DNA of 64,000 bases from positions 107,100 to 171,099 of the forward strand of contig JACPOS010000003.1 in the NCBI GenBank assembly GCA_016191395.1, written 5' to 3'. Made by a program: the position numbers and the translations under genes. Shown in pieces: positions 25,824-34,794 of this stretch (position 1 is the stretch's first letter; each line of letters opens with the position of its first letter). A model generated the notes under the pieces. It made no database searches, had not been told where the DNA came from, and worked only from the letters and a program-made list of their open reading frames with translations. This stretch comes from Chloroflexota bacterium (GTDB taxonomy: Bacteria; Chloroflexota; Limnocylindria; Limnocylindrales; CSP1-4).

Positions 25824-26990
25824 CTATCTGGCCCCGGCCAGCGCGGGCTTGCGCCCGGCACCTGCGAGCGACCGACCGAACAGCGATTGCGCGAGATCGA
25901 GCACGTCGCGACTGACGCCGGCGCCGGGGTCGGAGGTGACGAACGGCGCGCCCTGGTTGCTGGCCGGCCCGACGACCTGGCCGTCCGAGCGGATCTTGTA
26001 CTCCGGCTCGCGGCCCAGCGCGACGCGCAGGTCGTTGGGATCGATGCCGGCCGACGAATCGGCGCGATTCACGAGGTACTGGACCTTGCTCGGCGGGTAG
26101 CCGATCTTCTGGAACGTCTCCGCCATCGCGATCGTGTTCCGGATCGTCGTGGCGTCATACGTGACGATCTCCAGGATCGTGTCCGCCTGGTCCAGCAGCG
26201 CGAGCGTCAGCTCGTCCAGGCCCACGCCCGTGTCGACGATCACGAGGTCGTACAGCCGGCGCATGAGCGAGAGGGTCTTCTCGACGTCGCGGATCAGGAC
26301 CATCTCGGCCATCTCGATTCTCGGCGGCGCGAGCAGGACGTCCACGTCCGCCGGTCCACGCCAGAGCACGTCGGCGAGATCCGACTCGGAGATGCGGTCC
26401 GTGGGCAGGTCCAGCATGGACGGGGCGTCGCGCGGCGCCTTGAGCAGTCCCCGCAGGTCACCGAACTGGATGCTGCCGTCCACGAGTGCCGTTCGCATGC
26501 CGAGTCCGGACGCCGCGACGCCGAGGTTGAAGGCGATCGTGGACTTGCCGACGCCGCCCTTTGGCGCGAACACCACGACGAGGCGGCTGGGGCCCTTCTC
26601 GGTGGCGGCCGAGGCGGTCTTGTGGACGTTGGCGATCCGGGTGATCAGGTCGTAGCCGTTGAACGGCATGGACAGGACCTCGTCGATGCCCTTGTCGGGA
26701 TCGACGGTCACCGGGTTCTGGGGCACGGTCAGGACGATCACCGGCACGCCGGTCTTGGCATCGTGGAGCTGCTTGACCAGCTGCATCCCGCGGACGCGGC
26801 CCTGGAGCAGGGCGTCCACCACGACCACGTCGGGGCGGTGCTCGCCGATGCGCGTCGCGACCACGGTGCCGTCCGAGACGATGTCGACAAGGCGCACCTG
26901 ACTCTGGGCGTTCAGAAGCCCTCGGACGTACTGCGCGACCTGGGGTACGTCCTCGACGAGGAGCAGGCGAATCTGATCGGCCGATGCCAT
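25824..26990 (-). CDS. Degenerate receiver domain fused to ParA/MinD-type ATPase (second CpaE-like paralogue)
   Basis: 388-aa ORF. The receiver-like N-terminus keeps the acceptor Asp (VVVVDALL) but has MPF where KPF is expected. Canonical deviant Walker A PKGGVGKST. No pilus genes adjacent. Confidence 0.8.
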   Translation of the reverse strand: MASADQIRLLLVEDVPQVAQYVRGLLNAQSQVRLVDIVSDGTVVATRIGEHRPDVVVVDALLQGRVRGMQLVKQLHDAKTGVPVIVLTVPQNPVTVDPDKGIDEVLSMPFNGYDLITRIANVHKTASAATEKGPSRLVVVFAPKGGVGKSTIAFNLGVAASGLGMRTALVDGSIQFGDLRGLLKAPRDAPSMLDLPTDRISESDLADVLWRGPADVDVLLAPPRIEMAEMVLIRDVEKTLSLMRRLYDLVIVDTGVGLDELTLALLDQADTILEIVTYDATTIRNTIAMAETFQKIGYPPSKVQYLVNRADSSAGIDPNDLRVALGREPEYKIRSDGQVVGPASNQGAPFVTSDPGAGVSRDVLDLAQSLFGRSLAGAGRKPALAGAR

Positions 26991-27032
26991 CCCCGGAACG
27001 GTACCACGGGGACGGGCCCGTTCCGGACCCCG

Positions 27033-27830
27033 TCAGGCGGACGGGGGTTTGCGAGCCAAAAGTACCGCCCGATCGCTCCCCGGGTGCATCGGCCCCAGCT
27101 CGTGGTCGCCCGCGAGTCGCTCCACCTGGAGGCCCGCATCAGCCGCGTAGCCGACCAGCTCGTCAGCCGTGAGCATCCGCAGCGCGTCCTGGCGGGTCCA
27201 CCGGATGGGCGCCGTGCCGGGAGCGCCCTCCTCGAACGTCGTAATGAGGGTGACGATCCGGCTCGTGGGGTCGAACCACGCCGCGCTGGACTTGGTGACC
27301 TCGAAGCCGCTCTCCGGATCGGTCCGCAGCCAGTCCAGCGACAGGCGGCCGTCGAATGCGGTGAGGTCCGCGGGCACCGGCAGCCACACGTCCACGACGG
27401 CGAGGCCGCCGGGGGCGAGGAGGCGGGCCATGCTCCGGAGCGCGGCGCGCTGGAGATCGGGCGTCGTGAGGATGAGGATGGAGTTCAGGGCGAGGATCGC
27501 GAGCTGGTACGGCCCGCCGCCCACGACCTGCGCGTTGTCGGCGGCCTGCGTCATATCGGCCTGGACCATCTCCACGCGAGCGGCCGCGGCAACCCGGAGG
27601 GTCGCCAGGCGCGCCCGGCCGCGAGCCATCATCGCCTCGTCGATGTCGACGCCCACGACGCGGTAGCCCGCTTCCGCCAGGGGCCCGGCGATCCGGCACG
27701 AGCCGATCGCGAGCTCCAGGATCGGGCCGCCGGTGCGCTTCGCCAGCGCCTCGTACAGCTCGACGTCGCCCGGGTCGACGGAGAGGTCGAGGTCGTACAG
27801 CCGCGCGATCGCGTCGGCTGCTGCGCTCAT
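27033..27830 (-). CDS. Class I SAM-dependent methyltransferase
   Basis: 265-aa ORF with an ILELAIGSCRIAGPLAEAGYRVVGVDIDE motif I region. ATGA overlap with the upstream gene's stop. Confidence 0.8.
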   Translation of the reverse strand: MSAAADAIARLYDLDLSVDPGDVELYEALAKRTGGPILELAIGSCRIAGPLAEAGYRVVGVDIDEAMMARGRARLATLRVAAAARVEMVQADMTQAADNAQVVGGGPYQLAILALNSILILTTPDLQRAALRSMARLLAPGGLAVVDVWLPVPADLTAFDGRLSLDWLRTDPESGFEVTKSSAAWFDPTSRIVTLITTFEEGAPGTAPIRWTRQDALRMLTADELVGYAADAGLQVERLAGDHELGPMHPGSDRAVLLARKPPSA

Positions 27831-29065
27831 CGCCTGGCCGCGGCGACGGCTCGCTCGAACCGGACCGGACGACCGGCGCGGCGCTTCACCGCGAGGGCGG
27901 AGATCGCCTCCAGCGCAACGCGGTTCGCGATCATCGCCGTCGATTCCGCCCAGTCGTACGGGGGCGAGACCTCGACGATGTCCATGCCGGCGAGCTCAAC
28001 CGCGCCGACGATCTGGCGCACGGCCCGGAGCAGTTCGCGGGGGAGCATCCCGCCCGGCTCCGGCGTCCCGGTCCCCGGCGCCGAGCCGGGATCGACGACG
28101 TCGATGTCAACGGACAGGTAGATCGCATCCGGACCATCGAGCGCCTCGGCGATGGCGTCCCTGATGACGGCCTCCGAGCCACGCTCCTCGATCTCGGTCA
28201 TCAGGTGCCAGCGCATGCCGTGCACGCGCATCCACTCGAGGACCGGCACGGGCGGCCAGTAGCCGCGCAGCCCGACCTGGACGAAGTTCCGTCCAAGGAC
28301 GGCGCCCGATTCGATGAGCCGACGCATCGGCGTCCCGTGGCTCGCCAGCTGCCCGAACGAGTCCGGTGCGGTGTCCGCGTGTGCGTCGAAATGGACGATC
28401 CCGATGCTGCCCGGGCGGCGGACCTCGGCGATCGCACTGGCGCTGGGCCAGGTGATGGAGTGGTCGCCGCCAAGCACGATCGGGATCGCGCCGGCGGCCG
28501 CGACCTCGTGCACCTTGCGGTAGATCATTGCGTGGCCGCGCTCCCAGTAGGCGGGCACGATGTTCGCGTCGCCCGCATCGACGACGGTCAGCTCCTCGAA
28601 CGGGCGCACGTCGAGCTGGAGGGAGTTGAGGCTCCCGGACTGGGCCTGCGCCTCGCGGATCGCGCGTGGCCCGAAGCGGGCGCCCGGGCGGTGCGTAACC
28701 ATGTCGTCGAACGGGGCCCCGACGATGGCGACGTCAACACGGCGCGCCTGGAGCTCGGCCGCATCCGTCACCCAGGGCAGGTTGGCGAAGGTGGTGGGAC
28801 CGACGTAGCTGGGCAGGTCCAGGTCGCCGTACACCTCGAACTCGCGATCCCAGCCCCATTCCGTGCCGTACCGGCCAGCCGCGCCGTGGACGTGCCCGGC
28901 GGACGGGTGGCTGCCCGCCTCCGCATGTGGATGGCCAAGCGGATCAGGCTCGGGCCCGCGACCGGGCTCCAGGCCGCGGCCGCGCCGTGGCGACGGCTTC
29001 GGGGATGGGTGTTCGCCCGGCGACGCGTGACCGTTCGTGGAATGACGGGGCGGACGCTTGCTCAC
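27827..29065 (-). CDS. Ureohydrolase of the agmatinase/guanidino-acid hydrolase family with His/Pro-rich N-terminal extension
   Basis: 412-aa ORF with IVGAPFDD, GGDHSIT, HFDAHADT and SVDIDVVDP metal-ligand motifs. The first ~77 aa are low-complexity H/P/G-rich with lower GC3. An alternative GTG start lies at 28834. Confidence 0.85.
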   Translation of the reverse strand: MSKRPPRHSTNGHASPGEHPSPKPSPRRGRGLEPGRGPEPDPLGHPHAEAGSHPSAGHVHGAAGRYGTEWGWDREFEVYGDLDLPSYVGPTTFANLPWVTDAAELQARRVDVAIVGAPFDDMVTHRPGARFGPRAIREAQAQSGSLNSLQLDVRPFEELTVVDAGDANIVPAYWERGHAMIYRKVHEVAAAGAIPIVLGGDHSITWPSASAIAEVRRPGSIGIVHFDAHADTAPDSFGQLASHGTPMRRLIESGAVLGRNFVQVGLRGYWPPVPVLEWMRVHGMRWHLMTEIEERGSEAVIRDAIAEALDGPDAIYLSVDIDVVDPGSAPGTGTPEPGGMLPRELLRAVRQIVGAVELAGMDIVEVSPPYDWAESTAMIANRVALEAISALAVKRRAGRPVRFERAVAAARR

Positions 29066-29178
29066 GTCGATCCTTCGGACCGGGCCGCGGAGGGGTGCGG
29101 AACCAGTCGCGTTCTACGCCGCCGGTTCGGATCCACCGTCCAGCGGGGCGCCAGGCGCGCATCCTACCACCCCGGGAA

Positions 29179-29565
29179 TCAGCCCCGGTTCGTGCTCCCG
29201 GCGGTCAGCGTCACCTCGGCGACGAATGCGAGGGCGATCAGGAAGAGCCCGATCTGCGGCTGGAAGACGCCGTTCAGGCGCATCACGACGAACACCGCGA
29301 CGAGCACCCCGACCCACGCACCGCGGCGGATCGCCTTCAGCCAGTCGCCTCGGTAGGCGATCCGCCGTTGCCGCGCGAATCCGGCGAGCCAGAACAGCGG
29401 CATGACGTTCACACCGATCGCGGTGCCAAGCGCCGCCGCGCCAAGGAAGCCCGCCATAGCGCTCGAGAACGGGTCGACCAGGAAACCGATCGCGCCGACC
29501 ACGATCCATGCCACGCCGGCGGCCGCGAACAGTCCCAGGCTCAGCCGTCGGTCCCGCGCCTCCAT
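29179..29565 (-). CDS. Hypothetical integral membrane protein
   Basis: 128-aa ORF with four hydrophobic segments. No family recognised. Confidence 0.6.
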   Translation of the reverse strand: MEARDRRLSLGLFAAAGVAWIVVGAIGFLVDPFSSAMAGFLGAAALGTAIGVNVMPLFWLAGFARQRRIAYRGDWLKAIRRGAWVGVLVAVFVVMRLNGVFQPQIGLFLIALAFVAEVTLTAGSTNRG

Positions 29566-29576
29566 CGGGCGCGAGT

Positions 29577-30395
29577 CTAGGTGTCCGCAAGGCCGACGAG
29601 TGCGTCGAGCTCCGAGAGCTCGTCGATCTCGAGGTCGGCGCGGACCGGTATCTGGCCCTCGCCTCCGTCGCCGCGTTCAGACGTCGGCAGTGGCGTGTCC
29701 CCCTGGCGGCCCCGGACGTACGCCGTTCGCCAGCCCGACCGGCTCGCGCCGACGACGTCCGCGGCCCAGTCGTCACCCACGTGGAGGATGTCCGCACCCG
29801 CGGCCCCGATGGCTTCCTCGGCCGCCCGGAAGATCGCCGGGTGCGGCTTGATCAACCCGACCCGCTGTGACACCACGATCGATCGCAGGTACGGCAGCCA
29901 GCCCTGTGCCTCGGCGAACCGGTCGATCGTGACCGCGAGCGGCCAGTTCGAGAGGATCGCCAGCGCGAACCCGCGGCCCGCGAGTCGCCGCAGGGTCGAC
30001 GTCGCGTCGGCGACCGGCGCCATGCGGCCGACGAACGCGGCGCTGTAGAGATCGACCACCGCCGCTACCTCGTCCGGCCCAACGAGGGCGGCCGCCGCCG
30101 GATCGTCCCAGCGCTCACCCGCGAGCGGCGGGTCCATGCCCCGGAGGCGTGCGAGGACGCGGACGGCCCGCTGGTTGATGTCCGTCTCCCGGAACTGCGG
30201 GACCTCCTCGCGGAACTGGCGGTCGCGCTCCTCCGCCCAGACCGGGGCGAATTCGGTGCCCGCATGCACGATGCCGCGCCGGACCAGGCCACTCGCAGTC
30301 GTGCCGACAACGTCGCGCAGGCCCGCCCGGTCCACGAGCACGAGCGTGTTTCCGAAGTCCAGGGTGATCGCCCGGACCAGGACGCGGTCCGTCAC
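29577..30395 (-). CDS. HAD-superfamily hydrolase
   Basis: GTG at 30395 (VTDRVLVRAITLDFGNTLV) within track ORF 29577..30563. Motif I is LDFGNTL and motif IV is HVGDDWAADV. Confidence 0.75.
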   Translation of the reverse strand: MTDRVLVRAITLDFGNTLVLVDRAGLRDVVGTTASGLVRRGIVHAGTEFAPVWAEERDRQFREEVPQFRETDINQRAVRVLARLRGMDPPLAGERWDDPAAAALVGPDEVAAVVDLYSAAFVGRMAPVADATSTLRRLAGRGFALAILSNWPLAVTIDRFAEAQGWLPYLRSIVVSQRVGLIKPHPAIFRAAEEAIGAAGADILHVGDDWAADVVGASRSGWRTAYVRGRQGDTPLPTSERGDGGEGQIPVRADLEIDELSELDALVGLADT

Positions 30396-30405
30396 GTCGG
30401 GAGGC

Positions 30406-33400
30406 TCACCGGGCGGCACTCGACGGACAGATGTCCCGGAACGGGCAGTAGGTGCAGGCAAGGACGCTCGGCTTTGGCGTGTAGTCCCGCGCCCGGATGC
30501 CCGCCGCCGCGGTCGCGATCTTCGCGCGTGCCTTCTCGAGGCGCGCGGGCTCCACCTCGGCACGCCCGACCAGGCCGGAGTCCAGGAAATGCAGCTGCAC
30601 GGCGTCCGGCAGGCGGCCGCTCATGGCCTCGTATGCCATCGCGTAGATCTGGAGCTGGAGCGAATCGCGCGCCCGCTGCTTCGCGACGGCCGGATCTCGC
30701 ACGTCGCTGGACTTGTAGTCCGTGATCGTGACGTCCTCGGGCCCGAGGAGCTCCAGCGTCGGCTCGATCACGTCCGCCCGGAGAACGGACGGCACGCCCT
30801 GCGGCGCCTCGGCACCGGTGATCTCTGCCGACGGCGCGGCGACGGGCACGATGTCCACCCGGTCGAAGCGGCCGCGCACGCGGTCGCCGCCGAGCGCGAA
30901 CGCGAACTCCCGCTCCACCCATGCCGGGACGACCGCGCCGGGCTGGAGCTGCGATTCCCGGAACCTGCGCAGCGACGCCCTGCCAGCCTCGAGACGCGCC
31001 GTCTCATGCTCGCGCGAGACGAAGCCCTCGTTGGACCACGCGGCGTCGAAGACCGCGAGGAGCTCCACCTCGGTGAGCGGCTTGCCGCGTGACTGCGATC
31101 GGTGGAACTCCTGGACCGCCTGGTGGAGCGCGGCGCCGTAGATCATCGAGTGATGGGGGGTAGTGGGCACGCGGACGACCTGTGCGTACTTGTATCGGAG
31201 CGGGCACGTCAGGTAATCGTCGATCGCGGAGTGGCTGAGCGTCAGCGGGCCCTCGATCGGGAGGCGGTCCGCTTCGGGCGTGTCGCCCGGCGGCTCGGCG
31301 GCCGCGATTCGCGCCAGCGGGCCCGCGGCGTGGGTGGATGACGGGAGTGCGTCTTCGCTGAACCCCGCCGTCGGCAGGTCCAGTGCCTCGACCACGAACG
31401 GGGAGACACGTCGGGCGCGCCCGCCCGCCGACTCGCCGGCATGGCTCAGGATCAGCTCGTCACGAGCACGCGTCATCGCGACGTAGAACAGGCGCCGCTC
31501 TTCCTGGAGGTGCCCGTCGCCCTTCGGCAGGACCTCGTCGACGAGCTCGATCGGGAGCGCGAGCGCCTCCCGGCGCGAGCGGGCGGGAAAGCGGTCGGCG
31601 ACGACGCCCGGCAGGAAGACGACCGGGAACTCAAGGCCCTTTGCCTTGTGCACGGTCATGACGTGCACCGCATCCACGTCCGGGTCCGGGTCGGCCGTCG
31701 GCGGGTCGTCGCCCGCCTCGATGAGCGTGGCCAGGTGGCGCGCGAGGAAGACGGCGCGATCGTCAGCCAGGAGCGCCGACTGGGTGCGGATGATGTCGAA
31801 GAACCGCCCGATATTGGCGAGCTGCTCCTCCGCGGCGACCGTCGTGGCGCCGGCGAGCTCGGCGAGCCAGCCGGTGTCGCGCAGGAACGCATACAGCACC
31901 TCGCCCGCGGGCCGCCGCTGGGCGAGATCCCGGTAGCGCCGCAGGTCAGCCGTGAGCTTCGCCAGCGCCGAGCGTCCCCGCGGCGAGATCCGCAGCAGTC
32001 CGGGCTCGTCCTCCAGCTCCTCAAGGACCTCGAACAGGCTGCGGTGACGGCGTCTGGCCGAGCCGGCCACATCCGCCAGGTCTCCTGCCGGGATCGCGTA
32101 CCGATCCGAGGCGGCGATGGCGTAGACGTCGACACTCGACGCGGTATCGGCGACCGCGCGCAGCAGTGCGAGCAGGAGGCGCACCTCCGGCCGCGCGTAC
32201 AACCCGGACGTGCCCGAGAACCGCCAGGGCAGGGCAAGCGTGTTCAGTGACCGCAGCACCGCGTCTGCGTCCGCGTTCGCTCGCACCAGCACGGCGTGGT
32301 CCCGCGGGCGTCCGCCGGCGTCCACGCGGCGACGGATCTCCGCCGCGATCCAGTCGGCTTCCTCGCCCGCGGTCGTGAAGCCGTGATGGCGGATCGGCGG
32401 CGCTGCCCGATTGACCCGCTCCGGCACGAGGCGCTTGGAGATCCCGACCTTCACCTCGAGCCGGTCCGGGTCGTTGAACCGGATGAGCCGGTGCGCGCCA
32501 TCGAGGATCGGCGCGAGCGAGCGGTAGTTCCGGCGCAGGACGACGGTTCGGGCGCCGCGGTAGCGCTCGCGGAACTCCAGAATGTTGCTGATCGCCGCGC
32601 CGCGGAATCGGTAGATGGACTGGTCGTCGTCGCCCACCGCGGTCACGTTGCGGTGCCGCTCCGCGAGGAGCGCCACCAGCTCCGACTGGGCGCGGTTCGT
32701 GTCCTGGAACTCATCCACGAGGATGTACCGGTAGCGGGCCTGGAGCGACTCGCGCGCCGCGGCCGAATCACGCAGCAGCTGGAGCGCCAGCGCGACCTGA
32801 TCGCCGAAGTCGATGGCGCCATGCTCGCGGAGCATCGTCGTGTAACGCCCATAGGCTCCGGCCAGCTCGCCCTGCCGGCGCGCCAGCTCGGCGGCTGCCG
32901 CGGCGGCGTCGCGATCCACCTCGCCGGCGTCGGCGCCGGAAGCCGCCGCAACCAGCTCGGCGGCGCGCGTCGCCAGGTGCTGGGCGTGGGCTCCATATGC
33001 CTCGGGGGATACGTCCTCGTCCCGGCAGCGCGCGAAGAGCGAGGCGAGGGCGCCCAGGAATCGCGTGGGGTCCCCAAGCGGCCGATACTCAAGCAGGTCC
33101 AGGTCGAACAGGCGCTCCCGGAGGAACACGACGACTTCCGGCCGCGACAGGACGCGGACGTCCGGGGCGAGTCCGAGCTCGAACGCGAACTCCCGGATCA
33201 GGCGGTCACCGAAGGCGTGGAACGTGGAGATCGCAGTGTCCGCGTAGCCATACGGCACCAGCTGGTCCACCCGGAGCTGCATCCCCTCCGCGGCCTTGTC
33301 CGTGAAGGTCAGCGCGAGGATCTCCGAGGGCCGTGCCCGGCGCGTGGCGATCAGCCACGCGATGCGACGCGTGATCACCTGCGTCTTGCCCGTGCCAGCC

Positions 33401-33633
33401 CCGGCGACGACCAGCAATGGCCCGTCACCGTGGGTCACGGCCCGCCGCTGCTCGACGTTCAGCCCGTCCAGCAGCGCGTCGACGCCACTCGGTGCGGTCC
33501 CTGGCACGCCGTCGAGGCCTGGATCCGCCGCCGGCTCGAATCCGTGCCAGACCGGGATCTGTTCGAGGGGGCGGATGCGGCGGCGACTGCGCGTCCGGAT
33601 CATCTGGTCCGGAGCCGGTGGCGTTGGGGGCAT
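30406..33633 (-). CDS. UvrD/Rep-family helicase fused to a C-terminal RecB/Cas4-type PD-(D/E)xK nuclease with a 4-Cys cluster
   Basis: 1075-aa ORF. AGAGTGKT (motif I), DEFQDT (motif II). The C-terminus carries CPLRYKY...TDYKS...QLQIYAMAY...CTYCPFRDIC. Confidence 0.85.
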   Translation of the reverse strand: MPPTPPAPDQMIRTRSRRRIRPLEQIPVWHGFEPAADPGLDGVPGTAPSGVDALLDGLNVEQRRAVTHGDGPLLVVAGAGTGKTQVITRRIAWLIATRRARPSEILALTFTDKAAEGMQLRVDQLVPYGYADTAISTFHAFGDRLIREFAFELGLAPDVRVLSRPEVVVFLRERLFDLDLLEYRPLGDPTRFLGALASLFARCRDEDVSPEAYGAHAQHLATRAAELVAAASGADAGEVDRDAAAAAAELARRQGELAGAYGRYTTMLREHGAIDFGDQVALALQLLRDSAAARESLQARYRYILVDEFQDTNRAQSELVALLAERHRNVTAVGDDDQSIYRFRGAAISNILEFRERYRGARTVVLRRNYRSLAPILDGAHRLIRFNDPDRLEVKVGISKRLVPERVNRAAPPIRHHGFTTAGEEADWIAAEIRRRVDAGGRPRDHAVLVRANADADAVLRSLNTLALPWRFSGTSGLYARPEVRLLLALLRAVADTASSVDVYAIAASDRYAIPAGDLADVAGSARRRHRSLFEVLEELEDEPGLLRISPRGRSALAKLTADLRRYRDLAQRRPAGEVLYAFLRDTGWLAELAGATTVAAEEQLANIGRFFDIIRTQSALLADDRAVFLARHLATLIEAGDDPPTADPDPDVDAVHVMTVHKAKGLEFPVVFLPGVVADRFPARSRREALALPIELVDEVLPKGDGHLQEERRLFYVAMTRARDELILSHAGESAGGRARRVSPFVVEALDLPTAGFSEDALPSSTHAAGPLARIAAAEPPGDTPEADRLPIEGPLTLSHSAIDDYLTCPLRYKYAQVVRVPTTPHHSMIYGAALHQAVQEFHRSQSRGKPLTEVELLAVFDAAWSNEGFVSREHETARLEAGRASLRRFRESQLQPGAVVPAWVEREFAFALGGDRVRGRFDRVDIVPVAAPSAEITGAEAPQGVPSVLRADVIEPTLELLGPEDVTITDYKSSDVRDPAVAKQRARDSLQLQIYAMAYEAMSGRLPDAVQLHFLDSGLVGRAEVEPARLEKARAKIATAAAGIRARDYTPKPSVLACTYCPFRDICPSSAAR

Positions 33634-33697
33634 GAGGGAAGGATCGGGGTCGGTCGTGACAGCTCTGCTGACACGCCCTCCACTCCCCCGTCCATCG

Positions 33698-34138
33698 TCA
33701 GCCGGTGGCCCCCGGCGCCGGCTTCGCGAGCGCCAGCTTGAGCGCGGCCAATTCCTCCTCGGACAGGGCGGTCTCCGACACGCCGGTCGCGATGGCCTTT
33801 GCGTACAGCCGGGTGCCGTTTCGCGAGTGAAGGCTGCTCACGACGAACCCGTCGCCGCGCCCGTCGAGCAGCGCAAGGGCGAAGCTCTGGTTGCCGCCGG
33901 TGTCCTCGAACGGGTTGTACCGGACGAGCCCGACGCGCCCGAACGACCCCTTGAGATCCTTCTCGATCACAGCCGTTCGAGCGCCCATGGCCTCCACATC
34001 CCGAACTACCTGCCGCACTCGCTCGAGATGGCTCCCCAGCACCGCTTCGAGCGACTGGTCATCGCTGCCGCGCGTGATGCTCTCGAGACGGCGGGTGAGG
34101 CGCCCGGTACGTCGGATCAGCCCGACGACGGCGAGCAC
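33698..34138 (-). CDS. DUF4446-family protein
   Basis: 146-aa ORF from a GTG. The RYNPFEDTGGNQSFALALLD motif is typical of DUF4446. An in-frame hydrophobic segment (IGPIVGGLLVVVLALV) continues upstream without an ATG, GTG or TTG, so the true start may be non-canonical. One candidate is ATC at 34213, preceded by AGGAGG. Confidence 0.7.
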   Translation of the reverse strand: MLAVVGLIRRTGRLTRRLESITRGSDDQSLEAVLGSHLERVRQVVRDVEAMGARTAVIEKDLKGSFGRVGLVRYNPFEDTGGNQSFALALLDGRGDGFVVSSLHSRNGTRLYAKAIATGVSETALSEEELAALKLALAKPAPGATG

Positions 34139-34311
34139 CAGGGCGAGGACGACGACGAGCAGCCCGCCGACGATCGGGCCGATGTTGGCCGAGACGAGTG
34201 TGTCGAGATCGATCGGACATCCTCCTGGGCGGGTGCGTCGAGTCTAGCGTCAGCCGATTGCCGGCGGCACACCCGGGCCCTGCCGGACCCGGTGCTATCC
34301 TTCCGCCCGCC

Positions 34312-34785
34312 ATGGCCAAACGAACCCGATACGGCAACAAGCCGAGCGCCAGACCGGCCGCCAAGCGTCCCGGCATGCCCAGTGCGAAACCGGCTGCGCC
34401 GGCCGCGGGCTCGGTCCGCGGGTCGAGCCGCGCGGCAGAGGTGATCGTCGCCCACGACCATGATCACGACCACGGCGACATGCCGCTTCGGAGCGGCGCC
34501 GCGTTGACCGAGGAGGAGCTCAAGCGAGCCGCGGAACTCGAGGCCGAGGTCACCGCCCGCGAGCGCGCCGCCATCGCCGAGTCGCTCCGCCGCCGCTCCG
34601 GCGCGCAGGCCGGCGCGCACCACCGTGCCGGCGACGTCAACGCGCCGCTCTCGGTCCGGATGTCACACGAGTACGCCTACGTTGTCCGCGACGTGAAGCG
34701 CATCGCGCTCACCGCCGGCCTCATGGTCGCGATCCTCGCGATCCTGGACATCCTCGTGAACGTGCTCGGAGTGATCACGCTCTAG
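34312..34785 (+). CDS. Hypothetical tail-anchored protein with HDHDHDH motif
   Basis: ATG at 34312 (MAKRTRYGNKP) within track ORF 34198..34785. High GC3. Basic N-terminus, an HDHDHDHGD run, a coiled-coil-like segment and a C-terminal TM. Confidence 0.65.
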   Translation: MAKRTRYGNKPSARPAAKRPGMPSAKPAAPAAGSVRGSSRAAEVIVAHDHDHDHGDMPLRSGAALTEEELKRAAELEAEVTARERAAIAESLRRRSGAQAGAHHRAGDVNAPLSVRMSHEYAYVVRDVKRIALTAGLMVAILAILDILVNVLGVITL

Positions 34786-34794
34786 CATCCGATC

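Noticed and set aside
28835-29178. A full guanidine-I (ykkC) riboswitch upstream of the ureohydrolase.
   Set aside because: Only two 7-nt boxes (GGUUCCG, GGUCCGA) and a small hairpin resemble the consensus. I could not find the conserved 3' ACACGG...GCCCGGGAGA domain. It is reported only as a low-confidence possibility that needs a covariance-model search.
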